Source of the DNA: an uncultured Gemmatimonadaceae bacterium
GTDB taxonomy: Bacteria > Gemmatimonadota > Gemmatimonadetes > Gemmatimonadales > Gemmatimonadaceae
Direction: 5' to 3'
Assembly (NCBI GenBank): GCA_963716745.1
Contig: OY970320.1
Span: 1,376,001-1,440,000, forward strand
DNA: 64,000 bases
The notes beneath the pieces are model-generated. The model searched no databases. It was not told the origin of the DNA and saw only the letters and a program-made list of their open reading frames with translations. Made by a program: the position numbers and the translations under genes. This document shows positions 33,802-44,783 of this stretch, piece after piece; position 1 is the first letter of the stretch; every line of letters begins with the position of its first letter.

Positions 33802-36730
33802 CAGAGATCTCCCACGGTGAATGTCCAGCGGAATTTCACTTGCTCGCTGCTCGCCTCGCGGCCCGGCGCGAGCTCCGGGCGATCCATGAGCACGGGCACG
33901 TCGATGCGAACCACATAGCTGCGATCGTACAACGCGCCGCGCAGGATCACGCTCGCACCCGCATCAACATAGTGCAGCGCATAGCCGGGGGTCGAGCCGA
34001 GCGGCGTGCCGTAGGCGATGTCCCCGAAGAGCGCGCCCTGGAATCCCGGAATGAGCGACCTTGGCTTCGCGCGGGTGAACTCGTACGCGATCTGCGTGTT
34101 CAGCGACGCGACGTTCTGCATGAAATTGTACAGTGAGTAACCGCGCATTCCCGCGCCACCGAGCGGAACGTACGGGACATCGGGCAGCACGAGGATCGCG
34201 TCCTGGCCGCGCAGGTAGTTGTTGTCGAACGTCGCCGTCGGATCGAGCGACGACAATCCGATCGAGCGCTCCGGCGGCGTCGCATTCGAGAGACCGCCGA
34301 ACGCACGAAGCATGAGCGCGAGCCGTCCGCTCGAGTCGAGCTTGAACGTATTGCCGGCCTCGACCTCCACTCGGCCGAACGCGCCTGCGCCCGGCGTGCC
34401 GGCGCGCGCGAACGCGATGCCGCCGTCCATGAATCCGCGCGCGAACCAGAGCGACGGCCTTCGCGAGCGCCATTTCCATTCGGCGCTCACGTCGGCCACC
34501 GTCGCATTGCTCCACCGCAGCGTGTCCTGCCACGCGCGCGCGTACGGCGACGTGATGTTGAACGCGAACGTGAGCGTGTCCTGCTGCCCGTTCGCGAATC
34601 GGAACGGGCTCTCATCCCACTTCTGCCTGAGCGTGAATCGGAACGTGCCATCCACCATCCAGAGTCCGGTGCGGAGTCCCATGGACGGTTGGTCGGCCCA
34701 CGGGAAGATCGGGTTGTCGACCGCTGCCCAGCCCTGCACCTGCGTTGCGGCGGAGAGATCCGGACCCCGCACGGCCATCACGAGCCCAAGATCCCACTGG
34801 TCCACCTGCTTCTGGTAGTTCGATCGCACGCGCGCGCCCACGGTGAGCCCGCCGGGCCCAGTGTACCACGCCTGCGGACTGATCGCCGCGATGTTGCGAT
34901 AGCGGTCCCACTGATCGAGGAACGGCCATCCGAAGACGAACTTGGTGGGATCAGGTTCGTTGTCGTTGCGCGAATTCCAGTCGGTGGTGAGATGGTCCGG
35001 GTCCAGTTGCAGCCGCGCACGCCCGCTCACAGCCGAGTCGGGAAAGCGCATGAGCGCCTCGTACGATCCGCGCTTCGCAACGGCGCCGCTCAACGGGTCG
35101 GCGTGCACACCGCTCAGCGAATAGTCCACGAGTCCCGTCTCGTGCACCCATTGCTTGAAGAACCAGTCGAGCTTTCTCCCCGACGCGCGCTCGGCGCTCG
35201 CGCGCATCGCGAACTCATCGACGTGCTTCAGCTTCCACGTGGCGTAGTAGTCCTTCAGGAATAGACGGAACACGCTGTCGCCCAGCGTCGCGCGCAGCGC
35301 GCTGTACATCATTTGTGCGCGTGTGTACACCATGTCGTTGTAGATCGCGAACTCGTTGAAATCCGGGCCCGGCGTGCCGATCGGTTCCGCGCGTCCGGTG
35401 AGCACGAGCGCGAACTGATCGATATCGGACTGCTCCCACCAAGGCGGAGTGATCGCATGTCCGCGGTAACCCTTGGGCGGGGGCGGTGGCTTGGGGCCGA
35501 GTCCTTTCGCGCGCTCCTGCGGCGTCTGATCCAGCGCCCACGCGGTCTGGTAGCTCGTGAGCCCCTCGTCCATCCAGCCGCTGCGCCACTCGTTGTTCGC
35601 GAGGATGCCGTATGAGTAGATGTGCCCCGTCTCGTGCAGCACGAGCCCGTCGCTCGGCGCGATCGTTCCGTACATCACCATCATCGGGAATTCCGTCGCG
35701 CCGCCATCGAGGCGCTGCGTCCCGAGCACCTGCGGGTACACGTACGGACCGTAGATCGATTCGAGCCACGCGAGCGCTCGCGCCTGTTTCGCGATCGCGA
35801 TGCCCTGTCCCCAGCCTTTCGCTCCGTTCGGTTCGTACAGCGCGTGGATCGCGATCGAGTCGTGGTATGTCGCCCCTTCGTACAGATAGTCCGGACTCGC
35901 CGTCCATGCGAAGTGGTGGATGTCGCGCGCGTAGAAGCGCACGGCTCGTTCACCGCTATCGAGCTGCACAGCCGGCGTGGGCGGCAAGGTGCCGTACGCG
36001 TCGCGGCGAATGTTCACGCGGCCCCATTTCAGAACGCGCTCCCAGCCTGGATCGCCTTCGACCGGCACGCCGGTCGCGCCGAGTACTTGATCGTTCTTCG
36101 CGACGATCGTGACATCGAACGTGCCGAACTCGCCGTACAGTTCTCCGGCGGGCACGAGCGCGATTGACCTCCCATCCGAGCCGATCGTAAACGGCCACCT
36201 TCGGATACCACTGCGCGAAGTCATAGTGGCGGCCTTTGCGCCCCTGCCGCCGGTACACCGTGGCGGACGGCCGCGACTCCCACGCGAAGTGCACCGTGAT
36301 CGTCGCGCCCGGCGCGAGTGCGCGGGGCAGCGCGATGTGCGCCACGGTGGAGTCCGGCGCAAACGGGTACGTCACCGTCACCGGCGTGCCATCCACCGTG
36401 GGCGCCGCGGTGAACCGCTCGTACCCGAAATCGGGATCCTTCAAGTTTCTGGAATCGCGTGCGCCCTTCGCGCTCGTCCGACGCGCTCCACCGAGACCCA
36501 GGGCGGAACGCATTGAGATACTGATACACGAACATCTCGCGCAGCGTATCGGGCGAGTGGTTCACGTACACCAGGTCGCCGCTCGCGCGCGCGGCCTGCG
36601 CCTTCTCATCCAGCCGCGCGACGATCGTGTACGACGCGCTTTGCTGCCAATAGCCGGTGGTGTCCCCCGACGGCGGCGTCGTGGACATTACGGTCGCTTG
36701 AAAAAGGAACGCAGCGTGCATCAACAGCAT
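33798..36730 (-). CDS. Large secreted M1 aminopeptidase with beta-strand-rich C-terminal extension (frameshifts ~36447 and ~36162)
   Basis: YWQQ N-terminus, AQWYPKVAVYD, GATEFP, HETGHIY, WMDEGLTSY. Confidence 0.8.
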
Positions 36731-36811
36731 GCTCTCTCGCCTCGTGGAAAAAACCGCGGCGCCCGTTCGCCCGGGCGCCGCTGGAAGATACGGGATGCTA
36801 CCTGTGTCGAG

Positions 36812-37360
36812 CTACCGCGCCGCGGTCCCCAGCATGCGCGTACGCAGCGACGCGAGCCGCCGCGCCAGCGATCCGTCCATCACGGTGTCGCCCATGCGCA
36901 CCACCACACCGCCCAGAATGTGCGGCCGGACGGTGAAGTGCGGCACCACTTTCAGTCCGGTGATCCGCGACAGTTCCTTCGCGATCGACTCACGCACCGC
37001 CTCGCTCGGCTCGCTCACCACCTGCACCTGCGCGTGCGCGCGACCCGTGAGCGCATCCACTTGCGAGTGATACTCGAGCGCGACCTCGCTCAGCAGGTGC
37101 TGGCGGCGGTTGCGGATCATCGCCTGCACGAACCGCACGAGCTTGTGCGGCAGCTTCCCATCGAACGCCTTGCCGACGATGCGCGACTTCTCCTTCGCGG
37201 TCACGCTCGGCGTCTCAAGGAATTGCTTGAGCCGCGCATCGCGCCCGCAAATGTCGGCGACCATGTCCATCGCCGCGCCGAAGCCGTCGAGATCCTTGGC
37301 TTCCTGCGCGAGGCTCACCAGCACCTCGGCGTAGTTGCGGGCGACCGTCGGTTCGCGCAT
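36812..37360 (-). CDS. atpH: ATP synthase F1 delta subunit
   Basis: VARNYAEVL, ILGGVVVRMGDTVMDGS. Confidence 0.93.
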   Translation of the reverse strand: MREPTVARNYAEVLVSLAQEAKDLDGFGAAMDMVADICGRDARLKQFLETPSVTAKEKSRIVGKAFDGKLPHKLVRFVQAMIRNRRQHLLSEVALEYHSQVDALTGRAHAQVQVVSEPSEAVRESIAKELSRITGLKVVPHFTVRPHILGGVVVRMGDTVMDGSLARRLASLRTRMLGTAAR

Positions 37361-37932
37361 CAGCTCTTCTTCGCCGGCTCGATCGAGCCCAGGAAGTCGT
37401 CCACGATCTTCCGGTTCGTCGCGTCATCCAGATTCTTGCCGATCACCTTGCTCGCGCCCTTGATCGCGAGCTCCACCGCCTCGCGGCGGAGCTCGACGAT
37501 CGCGCGGTCACGCTCGGCGCCGATCTCCGTCTTGGCGCGCTCGAGCATCGCGCGCTGTTCTGCGCTCGCCTGCTCGATCACGCTCGTGCGCACCTTCTCG
37601 CCCGCGGCGCGGCCGTCGGCGATGATCTTCTGCGCCTCATCGCGCGTGGCCGCGAGCTGCTTCTGCTGCTCGGCGAGCAGCGCGGCGGCCTCCTCGCGGT
37701 CCTTCTTGGCGGCGGCGATCGCATCCGACAGCGCCTTCTCGCGCGCCACGACGGCGCCGAGGATCTTCGGATAGGCGAACTTCGCCAGGATCCAGAACAC
37801 CAGAATGAAGATCACGAACGTCCACACCATCAGCCCCGGTTCGGGCGACAGCAGACTGCCCTTGGGCGCCTCCGCCGCGAGTGGCGAGGCGAGGCACAGC
37901 GTGGCGATGAGTGGACGGATTGGATTGCGCAT
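37360..37932 (-). CDS. atpF: ATP synthase Fo b subunit
   Basis: PEPGLMVWTFVIF TM segment followed by a coiled coil; start MRNPI. Confidence 0.92.
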   Translation of the reverse strand: MRNPIRPLIATLCLASPLAAEAPKGSLLSPEPGLMVWTFVIFILVFWILAKFAYPKILGAVVAREKALSDAIAAAKKDREEAAALLAEQQKQLAATRDEAQKIIADGRAAGEKVRTSVIEQASAEQRAMLERAKTEIGAERDRAIVELRREAVELAIKGASKVIGKNLDDATNRKIVDDFLGSIEPAKKS

Positions 37933-37959
37933 GGATCGAGTCCCGGCGAAGTGAGAACG

Positions 37960-37985
37960 GGAGAGCGGACCCGGGTCCGCTCTCC
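37960..37985. repeat. Perfect 26-bp palindrome just downstream of atpE
   Basis: ggagagcggacccgggtccgctctcc is its own reverse complement. Confidence 0.85.
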
Positions 37986-37994
37986 GGAGAGTGA

Positions 37995-38285
37995 CTAGAA
38001 CTTGTTCACGATCAAGAAGCAGATCACGATCGCGAAGAGCGCCGCGCCTTCGACGAGCGCCGCGAAGATCAGGCCGGCCGTCTGGATCTGTCCCGCGCGC
38101 TCCGGCTGGCGCGCCATGCCGTCGGCCACCTGGCCGCCGATGCGGCCAATGCCGATGCCGGCACCGATGATGCTCACGCCCGCGCCGATGCCGGCGCCCA
38201 TCATGGCCCACGCGCTCGCGTAGTCCCGGCCGAACTGGGTCGTCATCTGGCCGCCCGCCTGCAACATTGAAAGGATCGAATGCAT
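37995..38285 (-). CDS. atpE: ATP synthase Fo c subunit
   Basis: GxGxGxG helix, ARQPE loop, ALVEG. Confidence 0.95.
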   Translation of the reverse strand: MHSILSMLQAGGQMTTQFGRDYASAWAMMGAGIGAGVSIIGAGIGIGRIGGQVADGMARQPERAGQIQTAGLIFAALVEGAALFAIVICFLIVNKF

Positions 38286-38453
38286 TTGGTGCTCCTGAAG
38301 TCGAAACGTGAAGTGCCAATGCCCCGCGCCTTGTGAGAACAGCGCCGCTCGTCAACGAGGCCCGGGCCTCAACGAGCTTCCCCGGTCACCCGACCGGGTA
38401 CCGCGCCGCCGGAGTGGTGCATGCTCCGGCAGCGGCCTGCGTTGGATCCATTC

Positions 38454-39386
38454 CTAGTGCGCGGCCTGCCTGCCTAGTCCGATGAACACGCTCGCGAGGA
38501 GCGCGAAGATGAAGGCCTGCAGGAACGCCACGAACAACTCGAGCATGCTGATGCCGATGCCCATCACGACCGGGCCGCCGACGATGATCCAGCTATTGAA
38601 CGTGAAGATGAGGCTGATGATCGCGAGCAGCACGATATGGCCGGCCGTCATGTTCGCGAAGAGCCGGATCGCCAGCGCGAACGGCTTCGTGAGCTTGGAC
38701 GCGATCTCGATCACGGTCATGATCGGGACCATGAAGATCTTGATCGGCAGCGGCATGTCCGGCGGCCGATACACGACGGTCCAGATGTAATCCTTGCCGA
38801 GCGCAGCCATCGTGGCGCCTTCGATCACGACGAACGTGACGAGCGCGAGCGTGGCCGTCACCGCGATGTTGCCCGTCGCGGTCGCGCCGTACGGGATGAG
38901 GCCGAGGAGATTCGCGAATAGAATGAAGAAGAAGAGGGTGCAGATGAACGGGACGAACGCCTCGCCATGCGGCCCGACATTCGGGAGCGCCACTTCGTTC
39001 CGGACATACAGCACGAGTGTCTCCATCACGCCGGCGAAGCCGTGCAGGTGGCCCACCCGCTCCGTCTGTCGTCCGCCGACGAACGCCGCGAAGAGCAGCG
39101 TTCCCAGGCTGAGGAGCGCCGCGATGAGCAGCATGACGACGTGCTTCGTGGGGGACATGTCGAGCGTCACGCCGGCCACGTGGAGCGGCGCCCAGCGCGG
39201 AAGTTGGATCTCGCTCCCGAACAACTCGAGATGGTGTGAGTCGGTGATGTGCGGCGTGATGAGGTCCGGTGCCGGACCCGCTTCCGCCGCGGGCGCTGCC
39301 TGCTCCGCGCCTTCCTGCGCGCGAGCAGGCGCCGCCAGGAAGGCGAGCAGGAAGAGAGCGGAGGTGGCGATCGACTTGATGGTCAT
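38454..39386 (-). CDS. atpB: ATP synthase Fo a subunit
   Basis: ANLLGLIP, ATGNIAVT, LAIRLFANMTAGH, FLQAFIF; start MTIKS. Confidence 0.95.
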   Translation of the reverse strand: MTIKSIATSALFLLAFLAAPARAQEGAEQAAPAAEAGPAPDLITPHITDSHHLELFGSEIQLPRWAPLHVAGVTLDMSPTKHVVMLLIAALLSLGTLLFAAFVGGRQTERVGHLHGFAGVMETLVLYVRNEVALPNVGPHGEAFVPFICTLFFFILFANLLGLIPYGATATGNIAVTATLALVTFVVIEGATMAALGKDYIWTVVYRPPDMPLPIKIFMVPIMTVIEIASKLTKPFALAIRLFANMTAGHIVLLAIISLIFTFNSWIIVGGPVVMGIGISMLELFVAFLQAFIFALLASVFIGLGRQAAH

Positions 39387-39734
39387 GTCTTCAGCAGCAC
39401 CGGTTCCAGGAGCGACGTCAGGAAGAAGAACGCGACAAGACTGATCAGCGCCGGCGCTATCGGCAAGGCGAGCGCGCGGGCGCCGACGAAGCCGTACGCG
39501 ACCAGCACCACGAACCGCAGCAACATCCCCATGCCCCAACCCGCGAGCATGTTCGTACCGGCCGCCAGCTTCACCGCGGCGAATGCGAACAGCTGCACGA
39601 CCAGCGCGATCACGGCGCTCACCAGCACCGCATGCCGCGAAGCGGCGTCCGGCCACGCCAACGCCGAGCAAGGCCCCTGTGGCGGCGATCACTGCGAGCG
39701 ACAGCGCCGCGTAAAGTGACAGGGACCGGATCAT
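39383..39734 (-). CDS. ATP synthase protein I-like membrane protein (frameshift ~39660)
   Basis: Four hydrophobic segments, GMLLRF motif, position upstream of atpB. Confidence 0.65.
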
Positions 39735-39964
39735 CGTGTGTTGCCGGCCAGCGCCCGATACATGTTCAGATCCCCGCTGCCGCGCCCACGAACGTCCCGA
39801 TCGACCAGGAAGAGCGGCGGGGTATGGAACCGTTCATCGAGCCAGCGCCCGCCATACAGTCCGAGCAGGACCAGAACGACGAATTGGATGCCGATCCCGG
39901 CGAATTGCGCGCCGTTCACGATCCCGCCCGCCGGATCCTTCTTGCCACCCCGCTCATCGTTCAT
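39731..39964 (-). CDS. AtpZ/AtpI family small membrane protein (probable compensating indels ~39803 and ~39768)
   Basis: GIQFVVLVLLGLYGGRWLDERFHTPP. Confidence 0.75.
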   Translation of the reverse strand: MNDERGGKKDPAGGIVNGAQFAGIGIQFVVLVLLGLYGGRWLDERFHTPPLFLVDRDVRGRGSGDLNMYRALAGNTR

Positions 39965-40175
39965 TTCGCCGCGAAATTTACCCGCTTGTGAAATTTTTCG
40001 CAAGCAAACTCCTGAACCACCCCGCCACGCCCCGTTGCGAACAAACCCCGCCAGCAAAGCCCCACGCCACAAACACTTACGGTGACGCCGAACTTGACCG
40101 TTCGTCTCTTCGGTACTAACTTCGCGGTCCCGTTAGCATCATCACTTTTCGGCGTTGCATTTCCGGCGGTATTCC

Positions 40176-40652
40176 GTGCCACGTTCCATCAATCGTCCAT
40201 TCCTGTTCTTCGTCGCCGCCGCCGCGCTCATCCTCGCGTGTGGACCGCGCGCGGCACACAAGGACGACGCCGATCAGAAAGACGCCAGCGTTCGCACCGC
40301 GCCCTCCAACGACGACGCGCTCGCCGTCTCAACCGGCGTCTCGGTCGGCAGCGATGTGCGATTCACGATGCACGTGACGAACCTCCACGACCGCGCCATG
40401 GAGATCCGCTTCCCCACCGGCCAGACGCACGAGTTCCTCGTCGTCGATTCCGCCGGCCGCGAAGTGTGGAACTCGAGCAACGGCCGCATGTTCACGCAGT
40501 CGCTCCAGAATCGCCTGCTCGCCACGCGCGAGACGCTCAGCTTCGGCGATTCCTGGGACGGCGCCGGCCACAACGGACGGTTCACCGCCGTCTCGCGCCT
40601 CAACAGCAGCAACCATCCGGTGGAAGAGCGGGTAGAATTCGTATTGCCGTAG
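40176..40652 (+). CDS. BsuPI-like (intracellular proteinase inhibitor domain) putative lipoprotein
   Basis: FPTGQTHEFLVVD...EVWNSSNGRMFTQ; lipobox-like ILAC; start uncertain. Confidence 0.7.
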   Translation: MPRSINRPFLFFVAAAALILACGPRAAHKDDADQKDASVRTAPSNDDALAVSTGVSVGSDVRFTMHVTNLHDRAMEIRFPTGQTHEFLVVDSAGREVWNSSNGRMFTQSLQNRLLATRETLSFGDSWDGAGHNGRFTAVSRLNSSNHPVEERVEFVLP

Positions 40653-40694
40653 CACCCCGCGGCAGCAGTTCCACCCTCTCGCCCGTCAATCCAA

Positions 40695-41678
40695 TTGTCC
40701 GCTGCCGCCGATAAGGACTTAAGTCTGCTCGACGCGCTGAAACGCGCGCGCACGGACCTCGCCGCGCAGATCGCGCGCCGCATCATCGGACAGAACGCCA
40801 TCGTCGACGATCTCGTCGCCGCGCTCCTCGCCGGCGGCCACGCGCTGCTCGTGGGCGTGCCCGGCCTCGCGAAAACGCTGCTGGTACGCACGGTGGCCGA
40901 GGCGCTCGACCTCTCGTTCTCGCGCGTGCAGTTCACCCCCGACCTCATGCCGAGCGACATCACCGGCACGGAGCTGCTCGAGGAGGATCCGGCCACCGGC
41001 CGCCGCGTCTTCCGCTACGTGAAGGGCCCGATCTTCGCGAACGCGGTGCTCGCCGACGAGATCAACCGCGCGCCGCCGAAGACGCAGGCCGCACTCCTCC
41101 AGGCGATGCAGGAGCACGCGGTGACCACGGCCGGCCAGACGCACGCGCTGCCGGAGCCGTTCTTCGTGCTCGCCACGCAGAACCCGATCGAGCAGGAAGG
41201 CACGTACCCGCTGCCCGAAGCGCAGCTCGACCGCTTCATGTTCGAACTGCGCATCGGCTACCCGAGCGCCGCCGAAGAGGAGCGCATCGTCACCGCCACC
41301 ACCGGCGACACCGGCGCCACGGTGAGTCCGGTGCTCACCGCCGAGCAACTCAGTGCGATGCAGCACCTCGTGCGCCGCCTCCCCGCGCCGCCAACGGTCG
41401 TGAACTACGCCGTGAAGCTCGCACGCCGCACCCGTCCCGACGATCCCGAGGCGAACGCCGACATCAAGAAGTTCGTGAGCTGGGGCGCCGGACCGCGCGC
41501 CTCACAGTTCCTCGTACTCGGCGCGAAAGCCAAGGCCGCGATGGACGGCCGTCCCGTCCCCGACATCGACGACGTGCGCTCCGTCGCACTCGCCGTGCTC
41601 CGCCACCGCATCGTGCTCAACTTCCAAGGCGAAGCGGAGGGCATCACGGTAGAGAAACTGATCCGCCTCGAGGAGTGA
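40695..41678 (+). CDS. MoxR family AAA+ ATPase
   Basis: GVPGLAKT, RVQFTPDLMPSD, DEINRAPPKTQ, ATQNPIEQEGTYPLPEAQLDRF. Confidence 0.95.
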   Translation: MSAAADKDLSLLDALKRARTDLAAQIARRIIGQNAIVDDLVAALLAGGHALLVGVPGLAKTLLVRTVAEALDLSFSRVQFTPDLMPSDITGTELLEEDPATGRRVFRYVKGPIFANAVLADEINRAPPKTQAALLQAMQEHAVTTAGQTHALPEPFFVLATQNPIEQEGTYPLPEAQLDRFMFELRIGYPSAAEEERIVTATTGDTGATVSPVLTAEQLSAMQHLVRRLPAPPTVVNYAVKLARRTRPDDPEANADIKKFVSWGAGPRASQFLVLGAKAKAAMDGRPVPDIDDVRSVALAVLRHRIVLNFQGEAEGITVEKLIRLEE

Positions 41679-41877
41679 GCAGTTCCCAAGAAAAGCTGTT
41701 GCCGTATCCGCCGCATCCGCGCGGTTTCCGCCGCATCGGGTGTTCAAACATGAACCGTGATCTCCATGGAGCCTCGAGGGCATCGAGGCTCCACGGAGAT
41801 CACGGTTCATGTTTGAACTCCGGATGCGACGGAAACAGCGCGGATGCGGCGGACACTGCAAATGCTTTGTGAACTGC
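41679..41877. repeat. Long (~200 bp) palindrome between convergent moxR and ridA-family genes
   Basis: Perfect 24-bp arms 41742-41765 / 41795-41818, extending imperfectly to both ends. Confidence 0.9.
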
Positions 41878-41890
41878 AACTGCAACCGCG

Positions 41891-42280
41891 CTAGCGATCG
41901 ATGATCGCTTCCGCTTCGATCTCCACGAGCATCTCGGGATTGATCAGCCGGCTGATCTCGATCATCGCCGTCGCGGGGCGAATGGCGCCGAAGACCTCTC
42001 CATGCGCCTTGCCGATCTCCTCCCAGCGCGAGATGTCGGTCACGTAGATGCGCGTGCGCACGACGTCGCTCATCTTCGCCCCCGCTTTCGTGAGCGCGCT
42101 CTCGATGTTCTTGAGTGTCTGCATCGTTTGCGCGTACGCGTCGCCCACGCCCACCACCGCGCCGCCGTCGCCGGTGGCCGTCGTGCCGGACACGTGCACC
42201 ACATTGCCCACGCGCACCGCGCGCGAGTAGCCGACCTTCGGCTCCCACGGCGTACCGCTGGAAATGTTCTGACGCGTCAT
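41891..42280 (-). CDS. RidA family protein
   Basis: [33 protein letters not shown]. Confidence 0.92.
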   Translation of the reverse strand: MTRQNISSGTPWEPKVGYSRAVRVGNVVHVSGTTATGDGGAVVGVGDAYAQTMQTLKNIESALTKAGAKMSDVVRTRIYVTDISRWEEIGKAHGEVFGAIRPATAMIEISRLINPEMLVEIEAEAIIDR

Positions 42281-42287
42281 GAGAGCC

Positions 42288-44066
42288 TCAGTTCGTCGCG
42301 GCGGGATCGCCCGCGCTGAGCACACGGCGCCACCACGGCGCGCGCATCCCCTCGCCCAGCGTCTCGTCGGTCGCTTCACGCCATGCCTCGGCCATCTCGC
42401 CGGCGTCAGCGAAGCGATCTTCCGGGCGCGGCGCGAGTCCCTTGCGCAGCCATGCCTCGATCGCCGGCGGCACGCCGTCGACGTCGATGTCCATCTTGAG
42501 CATGCGCGCGAGGATCACGCGGCCATCGCCGCTGCCGAAGGGCGCCTTGCCCGTGAGCAGGAAGAGCGTGATCGCCGCGAGCTCGAAGCAGTCCACCTGC
42601 GGACCTTGCTGCTCGCCGAGCAATTGCTCGGGCGCCGCGAATTCCGGGGTGCCCGTGGTGCCCATGAGTTCTTCGCCCGTCACCTTCGCCACACCGAAAT
42701 CGCCGATCCGCCACCGGCGCCAGCGGTCGATCAGGATGTTCTCCGGCTTCAGATCGCGGTGGATGATGCCCGCCGCGTGCGCGGCCGCGAGTCCGTCGAG
42801 CACGAAGTCGATCTGCGGCGCGATCTCCTCCACGCTGCGCTTCCCCGCGCGCTTCACGAGATCGGAGAGCGAACCGCCCTCGGCGAGTTCCATCGTGTAC
42901 CACGACACGCCGCCGTTCGTGTCCCAGTCGAAGATCGGGACGATGGACGGATGCGCGAGCTGCGCCGCGAGCTGTGCTTCGCGACGGAAGCGGTGCACTA
43001 CTTGTTCGTCGCTGCTCACGTGCGGGTGGAGCATCTTGAGCGCCACCTCGCGATTGAGCGTGAGGTCGCGCACGCGCCACACGGAGCCGAAGGTGCCGGA
43101 TCCGAGCCGCGCGATCACGTCGTAATCCTCGCCGGTGGCCCAGCGGAGGCGCGCTTCCTCGGAATCGCCCGAGTTGCGCGTGGCCGTGACGCCACCGCTC
43201 ACGAACATGCTCGTGCGGCTGCCTACGGCGCGGTCGAGTTCGCGCAGCATCGCGCTCACCGAGTGGAATCGGTCGCCCGGCGCGCGCGCGAGTCCGCGGC
43301 AGAGCACTTCGCTCACGCTCTTCGGCAGATCGGGGCGAATGAGGCGGAGCGGCGGCAGATCCTCCGGCGGATACTCGCCCGTGAGCGTCGCGAACGCCGT
43401 GGCCGCGATCTGCCACTGATCGCTCGCGATCGTGGGCGCCCACTCGTCGTCGTTCCACTCGGGCGGGATCGGCATGAAGCGGCGCGACGGCTTGAGTCCG
43501 TCGGGGATCTCGGCGCGCGGCATCGCCCATTCCCAGCCGAGCAGCCAGAGACGTCCCGTCGGCGCCACCCAGCACGTCTCGGCGCTCACCGCACCGTGCG
43601 TCTCGCCGGCGGTGTGCAGATACGCGATGGCGGATCCGATGTTGCGCAGCAGCTGAAGCGCGGTGGCGAGATCGTAGGTGCCCGCGCGCTCCACCTGCGC
43701 GAACACCGTTTCGCCCGGGATCCAGCGACGGAGATAACCGGGCCCGCGCGGCGAGTTCACGTGCCGCGCCCAGTAGTGATACGTCGTGGGGATCGACGGG
43801 TGATTGAGATGCGCGAGGCGCCGCGCCTCGGAGAAGAGCCACTCTTCGTGTGCGGTGTTCGGCACGCTTACGAGCGACAGCGAGCGGCCGAGTCCGTCCA
43901 CGAGTTCTTGATAGTGGCGGTACTCGCCGTCAACGCCGTCAGCGCCCCACGTCCAGTCGGATGGCAGTTGCCAGCCGGCGAGATGCGGGGGCAGTTTGTG
44001 GGTGACGCGGTCTCTGAACGGCCGGTCGTCGCGCGGCATGCGATACTCTTGAGTAGAACTGATCAT
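42288..44066 (-). CDS. Tandem pseudokinase plus Hanks-type Ser/Thr kinase
   Basis: C-terminal domain has [25 protein letters not shown]-terminal domain is degenerate. Confidence 0.88.
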   Translation of the reverse strand: MISSTQEYRMPRDDRPFRDRVTHKLPPHLAGWQLPSDWTWGADGVDGEYRHYQELVDGLGRSLSLVSVPNTAHEEWLFSEARRLAHLNHPSIPTTYHYWARHVNSPRGPGYLRRWIPGETVFAQVERAGTYDLATALQLLRNIGSAIAYLHTAGETHGAVSAETCWVAPTGRLWLLGWEWAMPRAEIPDGLKPSRRFMPIPPEWNDDEWAPTIASDQWQIAATAFATLTGEYPPEDLPPLRLIRPDLPKSVSEVLCRGLARAPGDRFHSVSAMLRELDRAVGSRTSMFVSGGVTATRNSGDSEEARLRWATGEDYDVIARLGSGTFGSVWRVRDLTLNREVALKMLHPHVSSDEQVVHRFRREAQLAAQLAHPSIVPIFDWDTNGGVSWYTMELAEGGSLSDLVKRAGKRSVEEIAPQIDFVLDGLAAAHAAGIIHRDLKPENILIDRWRRWRIGDFGVAKVTGEELMGTTGTPEFAAPEQLLGEQQGPQVDCFELAAITLFLLTGKAPFGSGDGRVILARMLKMDIDVDGVPPAIEAWLRKGLAPRPEDRFADAGEMAEAWREATDETLGEGMRAPWWRRVLSAGDPAATN

Positions 44067-44122
44067 GGAAGTTACCCGTTCGTACAGTTGGGGCCAAGTT
44101 CGCGACTTTCACTACGAGTGGA

Positions 44123-44626
44123 ATGACCGATTCGTTACCGGTAGTGATCTTCGAGGCGATGCACGAGGACGCTCGCGTGCCGTCACGCGCGACGGCGGAC
44201 TCGAGCGGCTATGACTTGGCGGCGTGCCTGCGAGGGCGGAGCGTGCGCGTGTTCGTTGGCGGCGTCGCGAGCGACCGCGCGATCGGCGATGACCATGCAC
44301 TCACGCTCGCGCCGGGCGAGATCGCGCTCGTGCCGCTGGGATTCCGCGCACGACTGCCTAGTCACTATGAAGCGCAGATCAGGATCCGGAGTTCCGCCGC
44401 GCTGAAGAAGGGCCTCACATTGCCGAACGCGCCGGGGACCATTGATGCCGACTATCCCGACGAGTGGCTCGTGATGACGCGGAATTCGGGAACCAATCCC
44501 GTGCGAATCGACCACGGCGAGCGCATCGCGCAGGCGGTGCTGGCGAGGTATGAGATCGCCGAATGGAAACCGGGTGTCGTTGCCCGTTCGACCGACCGCG
44601 CGGGTGGTCTGGGCTCCACCGGCTGA
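44123..44626 (+). CDS. dut: dUTP diphosphatase
   Basis: SGYDL, RSSAALK, PGTIDADY, GERIAQ, RAGGLGSTG. Confidence 0.93.
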   Translation: MTDSLPVVIFEAMHEDARVPSRATADSSGYDLAACLRGRSVRVFVGGVASDRAIGDDHALTLAPGEIALVPLGFRARLPSHYEAQIRIRSSAALKKGLTLPNAPGTIDADYPDEWLVMTRNSGTNPVRIDHGERIAQAVLARYEIAEWKPGVVARSTDRAGGLGSTG

Positions 44627-44783
44627 ACAAACCCCGCAAGTACTCGCGGTCTTCGCCTGCGCTCCGCAGTATCTGGCAACAGTCGACAGCCGACAGTCCG
44701 CAGTCCGCCTCTAATGTTGTTGGTGACACTCCGGTGACGCCATGGCCATAGCGTTGCAGTCCAACGAAGTCACCGGGGTCGGA

